Positions 60,572-64,000 of a stretch of DNA of 64,000 nucleotides are shown here, in pieces. Source of the stretch: an uncultured Planctomycetia bacterium. Its GTDB lineage: Bacteria; Omnitrophota; Gorgyraeia; 2-01-FULL-45-10. A model generated the notes under the pieces. The model made no database searches and was not told the origin of the DNA. It saw only the letters and a list, made by a program, of their open reading frames with translations. Location of the stretch: positions 7,989 to 71,988 of the forward strand of contig CAYSSS010000001.1 of the NCBI GenBank assembly GCA_964433975.1. Direction: 5' to 3'. Position 1 is the first letter of the stretch. Each line of letters begins with the position of its first letter. The position numbers were made by a program, and so were the translations under genes.

Positions 60572-61321
60572 ATGATTAAAAAAAGCAAAGTTGCCATAAC
60601 AATAGACACGGATTGGGTGTCGGATGAGGTCATTGAGTATACTCTTGCCCTGTTGCTTAAATATAACGCTAAGGCCACATGGTTTATTACTCACGATTCT
60701 AATGCTATCAAGCGGCTTTTTGATTGCAATGACATGTTTGAGATAGGAATACATCCTAATTTTCTATCTAACTCTACACAGGGGTCTACAGTGTCAGAGG
60801 TGATGTCGAATCTTTTAAGTATTCATCCGGAAGCTAAAATTATGAGGACGCACTCTTTATATCAGTCCTCTCTGATGTTCGAAACGATATTAAAAAAATA
60901 CCCCGGGATAAAGGCCGATGTTTCGTTATTCCTGCCGTACGAAGAACATGTAAGGCCGCACAGGTACTATGCCATGTCCGCGAACAAGATGAATTATATT
61001 ACGAGAATACCCTATGTTTGGGAAGATGATTATGAGATGTACTTACCAAAACCAAACTTCAAATTCGACATAGGAAGATTTAGTGGGACGGGCATAAAAA
61101 TATTTGATTTTCATCCTATCCATATTGCGCTTAATAGCGTTACGATTGATTCCTATGCCAGATTAAAAAGTAGTAGTGCATCCGGAATACCAAAATTAAA
61201 GCTGAAAGATGTTTTTAGGTTCAGGCAGACCAAGTGCGCAGGGGTTGAAGATTTTTTAAAAGGTCTATTATGCGATAAAAAGGCGCAATTTGTGAACATA
61301 AAGGAAAAGACAAGAATATGA
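60572..61321 (+). CDS. Polysaccharide deacetylase-fold protein (WbmS-like)
   Basis: VAITIDTDWVSDEVIEYTLALLLKYNAKATWFITHDS and EIGIHPNF. 249 aa. The layout resembles the small deacetylase family found in Bordetella-type O-antigen loci (from memory). Confidence 0.55.
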   Translation: MIKKSKVAITIDTDWVSDEVIEYTLALLLKYNAKATWFITHDSNAIKRLFDCNDMFEIGIHPNFLSNSTQGSTVSEVMSNLLSIHPEAKIMRTHSLYQSSLMFETILKKYPGIKADVSLFLPYEEHVRPHRYYAMSANKMNYITRIPYVWEDDYEMYLPKPNFKFDIGRFSGTGIKIFDFHPIHIALNSVTIDSYARLKSSSASGIPKLKLKDVFRFRQTKCAGVEDFLKGLLCDKKAQFVNIKEKTRI

Positions 61322-62217
61322 AAGTCGTTGCCATAGGAAGAACTTCGATGCTCTATAATTCCGTATTAAAATTATCAGAAGACGCTCACGAGGTAAAAAC
61401 GATAATTACAGCGAAGTCAGCGCATGAATATACAAGGAACGAAGAAGAATTCAAGGCGTTGGCGAAGGAAACGCACGCGTCGTTTTTTTTAACAAACCGG
61501 TTAGATAAGCCAGAGATCATGCGGGCAATAAAAGGTTCCGATATAGCGATCAGTGTTAATTGGGTGTCACTCTTTATCAAAAAGCAGATCGATTGTTTTA
61601 AGATAGGGATCCTAAATGCGCACATGGGTGATTTGCCAAAATACAGGGGTAACGCATGCCCGAATTGGGCTATCCTGAACAGCGAGAAAGAGATTGTTAT
61701 TTCAATCCATTTGGTGGAAGCCGGCAAATTAGATTGCGGCAGGGTAATCGTTCAGGATAGGTTAGCGATTTCGCAAACTACCTATATAGGGGATGTTTAC
61801 GCCTGGGCGGAAACCACTATTCCGGATTTATTTGTAAAAGCATTGGCTATACTACGTAAGGATCCGGACTATGAATTAAAATACGCTGATGCGGACGCCG
61901 CGGAATCTTTCAGATGTTATCCTAGAAGACCGGAAGACAGTAAGATTGAATGGACGTCTTCCACCGAAAAGATACATAGGCTCATACGGGCTTCCGGTAA
62001 GCCTTTTAGCGGGGCCTATGGTTTTTTGGACGGAAAAAAGCTCATTGTTTGGAAAGCGGAGCCATGCAGCGGTAATGAACGCTATACCGCGGTCCCCGGT
62101 CAGATCTGTGAGATCGGACAACAATATTTTGTTGTTGCTACCGGAGAAGGCAAGCTCAAGATAACAGAGTGGGAGTGCGGTGCCAGAATAAAAACGATTC
62201 GGCAAAGATTGCAATAA
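61318..62217 (+). CDS. Formyltransferase (Fmt-like), second copy
   Basis: ILNAHMGDLPKYRGNACPNWAILN (N/H motif), KLDCGRVI (Asp), and a C-terminal Fmt-type domain. ATGA overlap with the deacetylase. Confidence 0.75.
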   Translation: MKVVAIGRTSMLYNSVLKLSEDAHEVKTIITAKSAHEYTRNEEEFKALAKETHASFFLTNRLDKPEIMRAIKGSDIAISVNWVSLFIKKQIDCFKIGILNAHMGDLPKYRGNACPNWAILNSEKEIVISIHLVEAGKLDCGRVIVQDRLAISQTTYIGDVYAWAETTIPDLFVKALAILRKDPDYELKYADADAAESFRCYPRRPEDSKIEWTSSTEKIHRLIRASGKPFSGAYGFLDGKKLIVWKAEPCSGNERYTAVPGQICEIGQQYFVVATGEGKLKITEWECGARIKTIRQRLQ

Positions 62218-62250
62218 CCACCGACGAAAATAATATCTTTCTTAAAAAAT

Positions 62251-63303
62251 ATGAGAATTCGTATAAAACAAAGTTTAAAATGGCTATTAGGTATAACAAA
62301 AGCTCTCATCGCTATTGTCAAGGGGCAAAGAGGGGCAAGTGAGCACCTTCTTGCTACATGGTCTTTTTTTATCAAGTCAGACTATGCTTTTGGCAAACCG
62401 GTTAATGTTACTATTGAACCGACCAATGCTTGCAATCTCTTCTGTCCTGTTTGCGAGACAGGCGCTGGTGTGCTGAGCAGGGAAAAAAAGACGATGACAT
62501 TAGACGAATTTAAGATTATCGCGGATAAGATAGCGCTTTTTACAAATACGCTAATGTTGTATTTTATGGGTGAGCCGTTTTTGAATAATGATTTATACGA
62601 GATGGTAAAGTATGCAAAGGGAAAAGGGATATCCTTCATAACGGCCTGCACCAACGGTACTTTTATAGACCCTGAGAAGATTGTCGGGTCAGGCATAGAT
62701 GAGATAAATTTTCAATTATCCGGATTAACCAAAGATACACATGAAATATACCGGATCGGCAGCGACCTCAACTCGATCATGGACAACCTGAAAAATACCA
62801 TCAAGGTGCGCAATGAACGCATGTCTAAGATGCGCATCGTCTGTGGTTTCATTTTGATGAAACAGAATGAGCATCAGGCAGGAGATGTTAAGAGATACAT
62901 GAAGCAGATAGGGGTAGATAAGACAGTAATGATCGATCTCTGCGTCAGGACCTTAGAACAAGGTAGAAGGTTTTTGCCTTCAAATAGAAATCACTGGATA
63001 TATGACCCGGTATCTTTTGAAAAAGGCAAGCTCAAGCCCAGGATAAGCTCGAAGAATGGATGTTCGTGGATGTATTATTCTGTCGTGATACAGGTTAACG
63101 GGGATGTAGTACCATGCTGCAGAGACGTGAATGGCGATTTTATAATGGGGAATATTTTGAAACAGGGATTTAATGATATTTGGAATGGGGCTAATTTTAG
63201 GAATTTCAGAAAAAAAATACACTGTAAAAAGAATGAAGTAAATATTTGCAGCTTATGTTCCGGATATGGGTTAGCACAGTTAAAAAATAATATCAATGGG
63301 TAA
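62251..63303 (+). CDS. Radical SAM enzyme with SPASM-type C-terminal Cys cluster
   Basis: TNACNLFCPVC (CxxxCxxC) and YFMGEPF. C-terminal Cys cluster: CSWMY...GDVVPCCRD...CSLCSGYG. 350 aa. Confidence 0.8.
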   Translation: MRIRIKQSLKWLLGITKALIAIVKGQRGASEHLLATWSFFIKSDYAFGKPVNVTIEPTNACNLFCPVCETGAGVLSREKKTMTLDEFKIIADKIALFTNTLMLYFMGEPFLNNDLYEMVKYAKGKGISFITACTNGTFIDPEKIVGSGIDEINFQLSGLTKDTHEIYRIGSDLNSIMDNLKNTIKVRNERMSKMRIVCGFILMKQNEHQAGDVKRYMKQIGVDKTVMIDLCVRTLEQGRRFLPSNRNHWIYDPVSFEKGKLKPRISSKNGCSWMYYSVVIQVNGDVVPCCRDVNGDFIMGNILKQGFNDIWNGANFRNFRKKIHCKKNEVNICSLCSGYGLAQLKNNING

Positions 63304-63308
63304 ACATA

Positions 63309-64000
63309 TTGAATAAGCATACGCGGCATTTTATATTATTTTCCTTAGCAAAGGCTGTCACTCTTTTGACATTATTTCTTAATTCGGCTTTGATCGGCCG
63401 TATTTTAGGTGCCAGCGGGTTCGGCCAATGGGCAATGATCATAGCCGCAGCAAGTATTATTCATAACGTTTGTTTTAACTGGACATATGCTTCAGGAATA
63501 AGATTTGGTTGTGAGGAATGGTTAAAAGATGGCACGATCAGCCGTACATTGGCAGCAAGGCTTCCGTTGGTTATAATCGGGCTGCTGATTGCGCTTATCC
63601 TGCTGGTTTTACAGCCGCTTAATTGGCTATTCGTATTATTCTCTATTAAAGGAAACTTATGGTGGCTAGTGGGGGCGTATTCAGTCGGTTTATGGTTGAT
63701 GAATGAACTGCAGACTACTTTGCAGGCATCAGGTCAAATGAACTTATTGGCCTTACTTTCTCCGGTAATCACAATATTTTTTACTATATTTCTATTATTG
63801 ATTTTTCTCATACCGCGCGAAGTAAATACGCCTGAATGGATTGTGGCTGGGCAGATGGCGATTACATTTATTATATGTATCGGAATATGGCTTAGAAAAC
63901 AAAAAAAGAAACTATTTTATTTGCGTATACCTGTTTATGAAGACATAAAACGTCACTTACGCTTTGGATGGCCTCTATTGCCGTCATTTCTAGTTGGCAA
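63309..64000 (+). CDS. Second Wzx/MOP-type polysaccharide flippase-like membrane protein, 5' part (runs off the window)
   Basis: Not in the supplied ORF track. My own translation from TTG 63309 is open to the window end: (M)NKHTRHFILFSLAKAVTLLTLFLNSALIGRILGASGFGQWAMIIAAASIIHNV..., with successive hydrophobic helices. The N-terminal pattern is typical of PF01943-type flippases. The exact start is uncertain. Confidence 0.6.
   Translation, partial: MNKHTRHFILFSLAKAVTLLTLFLNSALIGRILGASGFGQWAMIIAAASIIHNVCFNWTYASGIRFGCEEWLKDGTISRTLAARLPLVIIGLLIALILLVLQPLNWLFVLFSIKGNLWWLVGAYSVGLWLMNELQTTLQASGQMNLLALLSPVITIFFTIFLLLIFLIPREVNTPEWIVAGQMAITFIICIGIWLRKQKKKLFYLRIPVYEDIKRHLRFGWPLLPSFLVG

Noticed and set aside
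62209-62236. Possible internal promoter TTGCAA-N16-TAATAT upstream of the last radical SAM gene. A TTGACA hexamer at 51475-51480 upstream of asnB-2 was also considered.
   Set aside because: The first matches only 4/6 plus 4/6 in AT-rich sequence. The second has no acceptable -10 element at 16-19 nt. Chance matches are expected at this frequency in 64 kb, so these are not reported as features.
1-64000. Search for CRISPR arrays, tRNA/rRNA genes, transposases, integrases, IS inverted repeats, and long direct or tandem repeats.
   Set aside because: I found none. Coding density leaves no room for RNA genes or arrays. No ORF shows DDE, tyrosine or serine recombinase motifs. The paralogous genes (asnB x3, methyltransferases, radical SAM enzymes) are diverged at the DNA level, so they are not repeat elements.

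Overview
The 64 kb window is about 99% coding and every gene lies on the + strand. It opens with the 3' end of a DUF362 gene (1-275). Next comes a near-consensus sigma70-type promoter (TTGACT-N16-TGgTACAAT, 381-408). A perfect 7-1-7 palindrome (412-426) lies across the start codon of a MarR-family EPS-type regulator (417-776). Another 58 genes follow, tightly packed or overlapping (largest gap 51 nt), and I see no intrinsic terminator among them. Together they form a very large surface-glycan (O-antigen, EPS or S-layer-glycan type) biosynthesis locus that runs off the 3' edge.

Gene census from motif reading:
- 7 radical SAM enzymes: 4 cobalamin-type class B and 3 SPASM-type.
- About 11 SAM methyltransferases, 3 of them with the zinc-ribbon C-methyltransferase architecture.
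- 7 SDR epimerase/dehydratase/reductases.
- 3 DegT-type aminotransferases.
- 3 glutamine-dependent AsnB-family amidotransferases.
- 2 sugar formyltransferases, each near a deformylase/deacetylase.
- A fused oxidoreductase/acetyltransferase, an AAC(3)-family acetyltransferase and an APH-fold kinase.
- A split transketolase.
- A heptose-type gmhA plus an HldE-like enzyme with inverted domain order.
- CDP-glucose genes rfbF and rfbG.
- Only 5 GT2 enzymes, 1 doubled GT4, 1 Wzy/ligase-like protein, 2 Wzx-like flippases and 1 possible GT-C membrane protein.

No initiating phosphoglycosyltransferase, chain-length regulator, exporter, RNA gene, CRISPR array or mobile element is visible. All functional calls rest on motif recognition by eye. 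No database search was run, so substrates and products are inferences. The taxon cannot be assigned. The radical SAM and B12 load and the DUF362 neighbour suggest an anaerobe.
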